Assembly: GCA_950097015.1 (NCBI GenBank)
Contig: CATNEN010000039.1
Coordinates: 7,502,001 to 7,566,000, forward strand
Reading direction: 5' to 3'
Source: Macrostomum hystrix
Taxonomy: Eukaryota > Animalia > Platyhelminthes
Length of the DNA: 64,000 nt
Both the position numbers and the translations under genes were made by a program. Below the pieces are notes generated by a model. That model saw nothing but the letters and a program-made list of their open reading frames with translations, was not told the origin of the DNA and ran no database searches. Positions 27,148 through 37,347 of this stretch are shown one piece after another; position 1 is the first letter of the stretch, and each line of letters starts with the position of its first letter.

Positions 27148-28395
27148 ATGGGAGACAACACCACGGTCGTCAAAGCGCCTGCTGCTGACATTCTGCTTGT
27201 GGTGAGGCGGCAGTGCCGAGTGGCAGGAAATTTGTCCGAGGCCGACACTTTCAGTGAGGCATCGGCACCAAGCAACAGCACTGGAGACTCCTATCCGACT
27301 CTGTCAAGCTCTGAGGTCTACATGCTGCTTCTGATGCTGCTGGCGGCGATCAATGTGCTCACAAACTCGGCTTGCATCTGCGTGGTACGCAAACTGCTCA
27401 ACAAGTGCTTCATCTCTGGCCTGCTAATATTCCTCTTGGTTGCTGAGGTGGCATTTAACAGTAGCCAGTTGACCTACCAGTTGCTAATCTGGACATTCGG
27501 CGTGCGACAGAACACTTTTGGATCCGTCACTGGAGGTCTGGTCGTTGGCTGGACATTCTGGTCGGCCATGCTAGCCAGCCAGGCTTTCCTGATGCTGCGC
27601 AACTGGGCTGTGGTGCTCATCTCCTGTGCCAGGTTCGAGAGGCTGTACTTTCCCTACCGGCCTGTGAAGTACGCAACCAAGCAGCGTCTCATTGTTGCTG
27701 TGCTGATACTGCTGCTGCTCTGCACCGGGTGCAGCCTGACTAAAGTCATGCGCTACAATCTCATCATTTGTACCAACCTCCTAACTGTCAGTCAAGAGGC
27801 CACATGGCTCTACGATTCGTCCCTGCGCAAGAGCTTCTTCATCATAATGAGCTACGTCATGTCCACCCTGGGGCCCGTGATTCTTGTCACTGCGCTCAAC
27901 GGGCTTATCATCTGCGCGCTGAGCAGACAACGAAGGCGATTATTGCGTCATCAGCAGCGAGCTACACCAGCTGAAGAGAACGGCAGACAGCAGTCAGCAG
28001 TTGGGGCCGGCGCCAGCGGAGGCGGCAGCGCGGTGAATAAATCGGTGGACCGGCTTCTGCTGCTGCTAGTGTCCAGCTTCGTACTGTGTGAGCTGCCCGC
28101 ATTCGCATCCGGCCTGCTGGACGGTATTTTGCCCGCTAGCGCCACTCACCACCTAATTCACGTGGCTCACCTGGCAACAGCGTTAGACTCTACCCTGAAT
28201 GTGGTTTTTTACACCTTATCCCAGAAGCCGGGCAAGCTGGAAGCCTGCCTACGTCGCAACCGAGCTAACGGCGGTGCGGTGAAAGCCAGCCGAGCTGCTA
28301 ACGGAGGAGAGCGCAGGTTGCTGACGGTGCGGAACGAGGCAAACACTGGCGCCATCGCCCAGGACCCGGAAGCTATTCCACTGCGCGAATGCTGA
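27148..28395 (+). CDS. Intronless rhodopsin-class (class A) orphan or peptide GPCR, about 415 aa
   Basis: Seven hydrophobic segments: TM1 INVLTN, TM2 LLVAE, TM3 RNWAVVLISCARFERL (DRY replaced), TM5 P...LN..II, TM6 F.LCELP, TM7 DSTLNVVFY. First ATG at 27148. Confidence 0.88.
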   Translation: MGDNTTVVKAPAADILLVVRRQCRVAGNLSEADTFSEASAPSNSTGDSYPTLSSSEVYMLLLMLLAAINVLTNSACICVVRKLLNKCFISGLLIFLLVAEVAFNSSQLTYQLLIWTFGVRQNTFGSVTGGLVVGWTFWSAMLASQAFLMLRNWAVVLISCARFERLYFPYRPVKYATKQRLIVAVLILLLLCTGCSLTKVMRYNLIICTNLLTVSQEATWLYDSSLRKSFFIIMSYVMSTLGPVILVTALNGLIICALSRQRRRLLRHQQRATPAEENGRQQSAVGAGASGGGSAVNKSVDRLLLLLVSSFVLCELPAFASGLLDGILPASATHHLIHVAHLATALDSTLNVVFYTLSQKPGKLEACLRRNRANGGAVKASRAANGGERRLLTVRNEANTGAIAQDPEAIPLREC

Positions 28396-29199
28396 GTCAG
28401 ATAAAAAAATAAACAAATAGAAATTCCACTAAATCTGATCTTTTCTACAACGCTTTGAATGTTCTACAGACGAAATACAAAATAATTAATTCAGTGTCGA
28501 GTTTTTTTCAATGCCGAAAAAATATATGGACTCCTCAAACCCCATCTTCCGGTAGGAGAAAATGCGCGAATTTTTTTCTACTCCTTTCTGGCCAAGTTCC
28601 GGCTTAAAATTTTAGAAGCTTTCGTAGCGGAAACAAAGCACCCCAGCTGTACGCAGTGGATGAAAATATCCTGCCGAAACGGAGCAGTGACTAGACAAGA
28701 CAGAATCAGGTAGAGATAGGAACTGTTAAGGTTGCCGCCAATTTAATCGATTATAATTCGCGATTGCCGGTATAAGCCGGAATAAGAATTTTTTGGCCTC
28801 GCCTGCTCGGGTTGCTTTTTTGCTTTTTGAGTAGCTTTCATCTGAGAATAAATTCAAATGGAATTGCGACTGCTTTCCACGGCCAACGATCAAAGGCGGG
28901 AATCAGTTAGGCGAATTTTCCTAAAATAGAGCTGCAAATTACAATGCTTTGAAAAAATAAGCCAGCCTTCGTCTCGTACAAATCCAGTCATAGTAGGCTC
29001 GTAACCTAAGGGTGAAGTGAGCGGTTTAAAAAAACCAAACATAACACATTTTTACATATCTGTAAAAAATGTAAAAAATTAACATATCGGTTCCTAGGCT
29101 TTTTAACATGGACCAGCAGGCAAAAAATATAAGAATAACAAAAGGTGCTCTCCGTGCGCTACAGGTGTCACAGGTGACCAAAAGAGGGGAAAGCATATA

Positions 29200-29575
29200 G
29201 GGGGTGAGTGGCAGAGTGGTTAACCCTTTTGCTTCTCGCACCGAGGTCACTGAGCTCGATTCCGCAGCGAGACCATATTTTTTGGGGCGCAGCCGCGGAG
29301 AGAAGGATTGGGGGCTTGTCGTGCAATTTACGCCCTTGAGGGCCAACCTCATGGGCACAGTGTACACTGGTGAGAGTGTGTACTGCCTGACGATGAGGAA
29401 GTGAGGGGAGAAGTACACACCTGTGTGAGCGTATGTCTGCGCACAGTATCTGTGTGCGTGTGTGCACAGGAGTCATCGAAATGGGCAGAATTGCCTCCTC
29501 CTCTTTACTGCAGGTCTAGTGTCACCAAATGATGCGCCATTGCCCGCAGCCCTCCTGCAATTATTATTATTCTTC
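29200..29575 (+). mobile_element. tRNA-derived SINE family 1, full-length copy
   Basis: A box TGGCAGAGTGG, B box GCTCGATTCC, (ATT)n tail, imperfect flanking repeat GGGGAAAGCA / GGGGGAAGCA. Confidence 0.8.
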
Positions 29576-29977
29576 TTCTTTTTATTATTTGGGGGAAGCA
29601 AACCAGATCGCGTCCTTGGCAGCCAGCCCCAGTAATAAATATTAACCTCCAGTCTGGTCAGGGCCCCAATTTAAAGAATTCTCTATATCTGAAAATGACA
29701 CTCCTCAGGTTTCGCCCCATCTATATTTTTGTGAAGGCACTCGATTCTCTTTCCCGTTCTTCTCGTGTCTTCAACTGGCGTCCGGTCTGCTCCGCGCACA
29801 GAGTCCACGTTTTTATTCGTAGTCTCTCTTCTCCTTCAAGGTCTCTCAAGAATTCCTGAAATTTTTGCAGCATGACGCTTTGAGCAGCTGGTGTGGCAGT
29901 AGCTTTCGGAAGCAGCAACTCTCAAGACGTGAACCTTGCAAGAAGCTGCCCTCGCTTCAATCTCCGACACACGTAGC

Positions 29978-30165
29978 ACCAGCAGTAGGACGTCCAGCAG
30001 TAGGACATTCAGCAGTAGGACATCCAGCAGTAGGACGTCCAGCAGTAGGACGTCCAGCAATAGGACATCCAGCAGTAGGACGTCCAGCAATAGGACATCC
30101 AGTAGTAGGACATCCAGCAGTTGGACATCCAGCAGTAGGACATCCAGCAGTAGGACGTCTAGCAG
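29978..30165. repeat. 15-bp minisatellite (CAGCAGTAGGACRTC)n
   Basis: About 12 tandem copies. Confidence 0.9.
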
Positions 30166-32541
30166 TCTACCGATATCGCAGTTATTGCTGATCAAAACAA
30201 TGAAGTTCATAATTTCGCTGATTTAAACAACTTTGCCTCAAAGTATTCTCGAAGTCTTGTCAGATTCTGCCCCCATGCTTGCTGCTTCCTAGAGCTACTA
30301 GAAGGTCATTAAAAACGAAATTAGATTATTTCACTTCATTGAAATCCAATTTGCGGGTCATTCTAGAGAGATGAGCGCAAATGAATTAGTTAAAGAGCTT
30401 CTGCCACCTGCCACTCTGCACGGCAGGTGATTGCATGTGAAAATAGTTTTGCTAAATGTGAACACCACAAGTGAATTATTTAAACATAGTGTAATTTTTC
30501 TGTCAAGTGTGAAATAGTCAAAGTGCCAACGAATTATTGCTGGGAAAAATAGGTTTTTAAGAGCTTTTCCGTGACCCATGGGAAATTAAATTCCCAAAGT
30601 ATGGGTCGGAAAATCCTGTTTCTGCAGGATGTCATCCCTTATTGACCTCTCTCCCTTTGGCTAAAATGAATTATAGAGCCGCAGTCTAACTTCCGTGCTC
30701 ATTCTGAGAACCGGGATTTTCTAATCAAGAAGGCCTTGCTACCTGGAAGTGGTGCACGAGTCTCGCAAAGGGACCGGCGACTCAAACAGAAATGCAACTC
30801 TTTGACATAAGCCTGCAATTTTTTTATCTAGGCGCGGAACATAATTCCCGGGCTTAAGCAAAGGACATAATTGTATTTTCTGACTGCATTACGTGCCTTA
30901 GCCAAACAGATAAATCGAAATTTCATCTGTTTTAAACCAGGTAGCAGATGACTTTCACGCAATGATGTTCCAGCTCGAACTTCAGTACGTCTGACGACTC
31001 GCTCGAACCATGAAACTTTTTTGCTGCTAAAACTCTACTACTTTTTTATTGAATCCTCAGTTACCTACGTTTCGTCGAAAATAATTCTAAAATTAAGATC
31101 TGCAGTTCAATTACAATAATTGCGCTTATTCGAATAGACTTCAAAGGACCCAGTGCGCTTATTCGAATAGACTTCAAAGGATCTGGCAACAGAAATAAAA
31201 ACAAGTTCGCTTCTAGATAGTTTTGCTGGCAAACCTATAGTTACATTGAACTAATGACAAATTCGCGGTAACTAAAGGAGCATCTCGTTTTATTTTTGAA
31301 AGTCACCTTACGAAGCTACTCTTTGACATCCTCGTGCACTAGACTTCACGAATGTCTCGAGTACTGTGCACATCTGGCAGTTATTTTTTCTCTACAACTC
31401 GTTGTTGACTTCATTTGCTGTCATGCGATAGTCTCGCGAAACAATACTTGCTCAAGACTTGCTTCTAATTCATGTTCTGGGCTAGTCTAATAATCGCAGG
31501 GTCAGGGGGCGGGGGAGGCGGCCGTCAATATACGAGCGTACCATACTCATTTTGATTACATGCTTTTCCCGAAAGACTAGTAGGCACCCGATGTTTAGCG
31601 CAATTATTTTTCAGGACCTTCCGGCCAATGTCTCTCTATTATTTTCGCCCTTGAAAAACAGAACTTGGATTTAATTATATCGTAGGTGTCTGCGATTATA
31701 TTAATATTTATTCCTGGATTTTCGAAAAATGGAAGCCTAGCCTAATCGATTACTTGATTTGGATCGTATACCAGAATATTTCGGGATCGCGTGTATTTGA
31801 CAGTGAGGATTTCAAGATCGTGTGTATGATAGTGGGATTTTGGGATCGAGTGTTTAAAAGCGGAATTTTGGCCGCAATGTTCTAAACTCAAGTCGGTCAG
31901 TGCAGCTGCAATCTCAGTAATAAAATAGAAAAACTTTCGCTTTGAGTTTGTACTTTAGCAAAATTCTAGCGCAAGAAGAGAATTATTTGCAAAACAACAG
32001 CTATTGCTAAGTTTTTAATTAAGTTCTTGAGATCTGAAGAGATATTGGACAGCGCTATCAGTGAGAAGTTGAAAGGACACGATCTTTATATTAGTATCGA
32101 AGTCTCCTCATTCTGTTATTAACCTAATGTGAAGCAATTTTTTTCTTGCCAATTTGTTTTCTTGTTTGCACTGCTACCTACTCCTTCCTCTCGGGTCACC
32201 GGAATGATTTGACGCTGTGGATGTCCAGTTCAACGAACGTAAAGCTCTGTGTTTATGAAAAATTTCGCTATTCTATCGTTCTGCTCAGCAAGGTTCCGAG
32301 TTCCTAAATAGCAAATTACCGAAAACTAAATTAATCAGCACGTAAAGGAAAGCATAAATGTGGTATTATTATATAAGGCAAACAGCTAGGCACAAGGGCA
32401 TCAGAGTAGTACTCGAATCTCTATCATCTCAATCCTGTACTTATCAATGATCTCAGATGTCTCAGTTTATCATTTAACCCATTTGATTAAATGGCTGTTG
32501 CATTTGCACATTAGTATTTGAATACTATTTTTAGTATAGTA

Positions 32542-32929
32542 GACTAGGCTAGTAATGAAGTCGGTGACTTATTACGGGATGAGTGAGCCGTGATGTATAT
32601 CAAAGTACTGACTACTGATAAAGACTTATTAAAGACTCTGACTGAGACTGACCCCTGCCCTTTTGTTCTCTCTCCTAGACCCGCCATAAATCTCTTGGCG
32701 TTCAGTGATTTCTCAAGCTTTCAATAAAGAGAGGGGGCGCAGTGTATTTAATCATTCGTCCAACTTTCTTAATTATCAATCCCCGCTATATCAAAGTCTA
32801 AATTTCTATTGTCTGCTAAAGTATGGCCCATTTCAATAAGCCATATATTTTAACAACGCAAAGGAAAGGGAAGGGACCCTCTCTGCACTGCATGTGGAGA
32901 GAACTTGGATAAGATAAACTGAGCCGGGC
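32542..32929. repeat. Dispersed repeat of about 450 bp, left part of the copy interrupted by the YR elements (resumes at 37023-37102)
   Basis: 32542-32929 plus 37023-37102 align colinearly with the uninterrupted copy at 37601-38054. Confidence 0.9.
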
Positions 32930-34858
32930 CATTGACATATAACCAAGTGTGCGTAAACGTCTCAAGCTCGTGTATAGTTTATGGCCCAAAGGCCATGAAA
33001 GAAATAGATTGAAGTGTGCAGTAAATTCCGCAACTGTGAGGTAAATGACATGACTATGTGGTAAATACCGCATGAACTGTAGGAATTTATTAAACGAGGT
33101 TAATTCCAAAGCACAATAAACAAACGAACAATGGCAATGCAAAGATTTTGGGGAGAGGTTGAACTCACAAAAATGTAACACATTAAGATGGAGACGAAGT
33201 CTAGAATGTTAATCGGCAATAGTCAGTTCAAAGGTCACATCTTACCAAATGTGCAGTTGGAAACCTGGCCATGAAAATTGAAAACCACCTGTATCTTCTC
33301 ATTGCTTGATGATCCTTCCTGCGTCTTCTCCGTGGAACAAGACTTCTTAGGTGCTGGCTCCCCTGCATTCAGTGAGACGTGCAGAGACTCGCTCATGGCT
33401 TGCATTTCCCCAACGTAGCGAGACCCAAAGCGCAGGTATCGCTCGACTGTCTTGGTCGCTTTGTGGCCTGTTACTTTACAAATGTCAGCGACGTTGTATC
33501 CAGCGGTGGAAAGCTGCTTGATGACCGTTGGTCTGATGCAGTGACCAGTGTAGCGCTTGCTCAATTTGGCGTCCTCACTGATGCGAGCCATCATGCCCGT
33601 CAAGGCATTGGCGCCGAGAGGCTGCTTTCCAAAAAACCAGCCGGTGTTCTGGAAACCGGTCAACCGGGGCTTCAGGAAAAATGCAGTCTCATTCGCACTG
33701 GAAGTGCTGGAAGTGCTGGGAATGCACTCTTCCCTCTTCTGGAGGTACATCCGCAGACATTGCACTGGACACTGGCTGTCTGCACTCGTCATTACGGCTT
33801 CCTTCACATTGCACGCCGATTGCTTGTCTAGGTCTTTCCCCACATTCTTTACTTTCTTCTCCCGAAAGCGTACCACGTCTCTACCGTCCGGTCCTTTCTC
33901 GAACGTGAAACTGTCCGGAGTCAAACCACGTAGCCATTCCCGGCCCCTTGTTCCGAAGTAGTATATCGTGTTGTAGTACACTTCTTGCAACAGTCTAGTA
34001 GGAGTTGAGCGGTCAAAGTAGCTTGTCAGTCGGGTCAAATCCGCCGGTTCAATGGCCTCGAAATGAGTCACGGATCCACCTCGTGTAAAGAATCGCCTGC
34101 CAACTGCCTTCAGGGTCTCATTCGCACCGTAGAACTCTGGATCAGCAATAATATTGAAAGTGCGCAGCCGCATGAAGTGGCGGAACAGGGCAGCACGTAT
34201 ACACACTAGCGTTGCTGGAGAGTAAGGATTTCCGTCCCGGCGCTTTCGTGTCCCATAGAAGTAGCGCAGAGCATAGTTCAGAGTCTCCTTGGTGCACAAA
34301 TCTTCACTTACTCCGATTGCCGGACAAACATACCGACGTACAATTCTTCTTGTCTCTTCGTCCCACGCACCTCGACTTCCTTCTCTAGCTCCTTTAGATT
34401 GTCGTCAAGTTGCATTACAGCGACTTCTTCCTCACTTGGACCTGTAGCTAGTGCCCGGAACCATGTCAAACACCCTCTCCATATCATCAGGTAGCACGGT
34501 TGCCAGGTCGCTTTGGCAGAGTTCGTCCACTATCGACACCACAGACTGCCAGTCTAAGTGAGATTCAATCTCACTTGCCGTCATGCCGGTAATTACGCCG
34601 CCAGGAAACTTAGACAAACCTATTAGGCGGGTTGTTTGCCACACAATCTCAAGTCAACTTGCTGCCCCACTTGATCTCCGTGCATCCCTCTTCTGAGCTA
34701 CTATGCAGTAAATCCCAGACGGGTATTGTCTATGGGCCGAAGGAGCTGGTCTTGCGCACACACACTTGGTCATAAATCAATGCACTTATGCTAGGCTTCC
34801 TAGTGCGTAAATAGTGCGTAGTGCGTAAAAATCGGAAGCCTAGCATAAATCTACCATT
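32930..34858 (-). mobile_element. Crypton-like tyrosine recombinase DNA transposon, element A (about 1.93 kb)
   Basis: Bounded by CATT at 32930 and 34855. Both ends are independently defined by the deletion derivative at 47073-47361. Subterminal IR 32930-32951 / 34761-34782 (19/22) and hairpin 34786-34848. Carries a YR ORF. Confidence 0.85.
33235..34644 (-). pseudogene. Tyrosine recombinase (DUF3504/Crypton type), frameshifted N-terminus, catalytic domain open at 33235-34299
   Basis: GTRGRE, YTGHCIRPT, VTGHK and ERYLR give the R...HxxR...H...Y catalytic set. N-terminal piece 34432-34644 (RLIGLSKFP) matches the element B N-terminus (RLLNLSKFP) but is separated from the catalytic ORF by frame disruptions. 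Confidence 0.85.
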
Positions 34859-37022
34859 GTATCACGCTGGCGCGTGTTAGATGCACGATTTACTGTGCGT
34901 CTAATGTAGTTGTCTATGGCAATTTTCTATCTGAGTAAAAACAACAAGCGTGCGTCTAACGCGTGTAATGCACGGAAAGTGAGTATATTTTAATAAGTAT
35001 ACTTCTGCTACAAGTACAACGAACGAACAACAGGGAATTGTGTAAACAAGGTAGACTGTGTAGACGCCTGACCCAAGTGATTTCCGTTTTAAGTCATTGA
35101 AAATGCTTTACATCGCTTATTGTGTATTCACATCGTGGACCCCCCGTCCTTTCGGTCCCTACACAGGCTTTTGTAAATCCCGATTACAGTTACAGTAACA
35201 GGAACGGTTAGCAGGTGCACAGACAGGGAAAGCGAATGAAGATGAAGGCGTTCTGCATTTGGAAGTTCAGTATGGGAAAAGTTCATTGCTATTACTCACT
35301 CTAAGAATTGAACGTGCAGTTGTTGACAGTGTTGTAGAAGTTGTAAACCACAGTTGGCTTCTTCTTGGCGTCATCACTTGGCGTCCCACCAGCAACGTCC
35401 GACGTGTCAGAAATAATCAGTGACTGGCTCATGACGGTAGAAGAGTCTTTCATAATCACGTCTTGCATGGAATCATCCTTGTGTAGTGCAGAAGCCAAGC
35501 TGACCGACATGTCTCGCATTTCACCGTCCCTTCTGGAGCCAAAGCGTAAGTAGCGTTCTACAGTTCGCGTCTGCTTATGGCCAGTCACTTTGCAGATATC
35601 AGACACACTGTAACCTGCGTTAGATAGCTCCTTTATTACCGTGGATCGAATGCAGTGCGCAGTGTATGACTTTGATAAATTCGCCTTCTTTGAAATGACG
35701 GTCATCAGCTGGCCCAAGGGATTCACACCAATTGCCTTGTTCGGGCAGTACCATGCTCCATTTGCCCAACCAGTCTTTTTCGGCAGTAAGAAGAAAGGAT
35801 ATCTTTTCACCGTCTCCGAACTGCTTGATGGAATCGATTGCTCACGCTGAGCTAAATAGAGCTTCATAGCTTCCACAGGGCAGCGGCTTCTGTCTGGCAA
35901 CGCACTCATAACAGCTTGCTTGACATCGTCACACGAGTTCCTGGAGAGTTCTTTGCCAACATTCTTTACTGTTCCAGCAACAAAGCGCACCACTTCAATC
36001 CCATCGGAATCCGTCTCGAATCGAAAGGAATCATCGCTCAGTGAACGGATCCACTCGCGACCTCTGTTTCCAAAGTAGAAAATAATGTTGTAGTACACTT
36101 CATGAAGTAGCACCTCTGGAGATTTCCGATCGAAGTAGTCAGACAGCCTCTTCAGATCAACAGGCTCGATCGATTGAAAGTGTCGGGCGCGTCCGCCTCG
36201 GGCAATGAAGATTCTGCCCATTGACTTCAGTGTCGTATTGGAAGCATAGAATGCGTCGTCAGTTAGAATATTGATTCGCCTTGTCGACATGAAATGCCGG
36301 TAGAGCGCAGCTCGGATGCAAATCAACGTGGCTGGAGCAAAGTATTCGCCATTCCTCTTGCGAAGTGAGCCATAGAAGTATCGCAATAGACTATCGATCT
36401 CGCGCGGTGTAGAAGTCGCCAAATCACGCTGAACTGACGGATGGTTCTCCATGAAGCTCTGCAACTTACCGACATAATATTCGGTAGCCTTTGTCACACT
36501 CTTACTAGCAGCGGTGTCCTCGATTTCGGAAACGAGCTGTTCCAATTCAAGTAGTTCAGCTTCTTCGTCAGGTATCTTCTTGAAAAGTGCCTCCAGAAGA
36601 TCCTCCTCTTCTCGATCAATCGCCGACTCCGGTAGATTATCAGGCTCGTTCAGGATGTCGTCAATCTCATTGGTGGACAAGCCGGAAATCATTTCGTTCG
36701 GAAATTTGCTCAGATTCAGAAGTCTGACTTTAGTTGGTGGCTCAGCCATATTCTCTCACAAGTGATTTTAATTTAACAGCTTCTTATTCCCTTCTTCGTA
36801 ACACTCAATCAACTTGCGTGCCTTTCACGCATTTTGTCTATGGTTAAGACAAAGTCTAACTGAGCGTGCATCTAACGCGCCATCTAAAGTAGTAAGCCAA
36901 CGTAATACAATGCAACTCATACATCGATTTTTTGTGCTTAAATGGTCTATGGCACTCGTGCGCTGTGCGCACTCGTGCATCGACCATTTAAGCACGCAAA
37001 ATCGATGTATGAATCCTACATT
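34855..37022 (-). mobile_element. Crypton-like tyrosine recombinase DNA transposon, element B (about 2.17 kb, apparently intact)
   Basis: Bounded by CATT at 34855 and 37019. Subterminal IR 34855-34871 / 36896-36912 (15/17). Hairpin with 31-bp arms at 36917-36947 / 36982-37012. Host repeat resumes at 37023. Confidence 0.85.
35301..36749 (-). CDS. Tyrosine recombinase (DUF3504/Crypton type), 482 aa, intronless
   Basis: ATG-initiated open frame with GNRGRE, CPV, YTAHCIRST, VTGHK, ERYLR and a C-terminal YNF..TVNNCTF tail. No RT, DDE or helicase domain nearby. Confidence 0.92.
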   Translation of the reverse strand: MAEPPTKVRLLNLSKFPNEMISGLSTNEIDDILNEPDNLPESAIDREEEDLLEALFKKIPDEEAELLELEQLVSEIEDTAASKSVTKATEYYVGKLQSFMENHPSVQRDLATSTPREIDSLLRYFYGSLRKRNGEYFAPATLICIRAALYRHFMSTRRINILTDDAFYASNTTLKSMGRIFIARGGRARHFQSIEPVDLKRLSDYFDRKSPEVLLHEVYYNIIFYFGNRGREWIRSLSDDSFRFETDSDGIEVVRFVAGTVKNVGKELSRNSCDDVKQAVMSALPDRSRCPVEAMKLYLAQREQSIPSSSSETVKRYPFFLLPKKTGWANGAWYCPNKAIGVNPLGQLMTVISKKANLSKSYTAHCIRSTVIKELSNAGYSVSDICKVTGHKQTRTVERYLRFGSRRDGEMRDMSVSLASALHKDDSMQDVIMKDSSTVMSQSLIISDTSDVAGGTPSDDAKKKPTVVYNFYNTVNNCTFNS

Positions 37023-37347
37023 GACATTAAACAAAAGGGAGGGGCTGGCCCGCTATAGCCCCCTTTAAGCCACAGACAACTCAGGCTGAGAGAACCCCCC
37101 TCCCCGTTTGTACGCACAGTGCAAAACTAATTGGAAATTATGCTCGCAACTTGCATTTGCATTCTTTTATTTGTCAGAGTGCTTCAATTCTATAAATTCT
37201 ATACCACACTTCATCACTTTATTGTTTCCTGTCTTGCACAAGCTGCATGTGCATTTAAGTATATCTTGCCTTAGAATCGGGGGCGCGTGTGTTTCGAGAG
37301 ACAGACACTCTGGTTGCAGAGAAGGCAACATTTATAAACTATAAGCC

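Noticed and set aside
29721-30226. ORFs with LDVLL, SSRTS and VGHPA repeats
   Set aside because: Translations of the 15-bp minisatellite in several frames
33235-36749. Bacterial or phage integrases from contamination, or domesticated KCTD1/ZMYM-like genes
   Set aside because: Motifs are Crypton/DUF3504-like with catalytic residues retained, the elements have transposon ends, and a mobilised derivative is embedded in animal DNA
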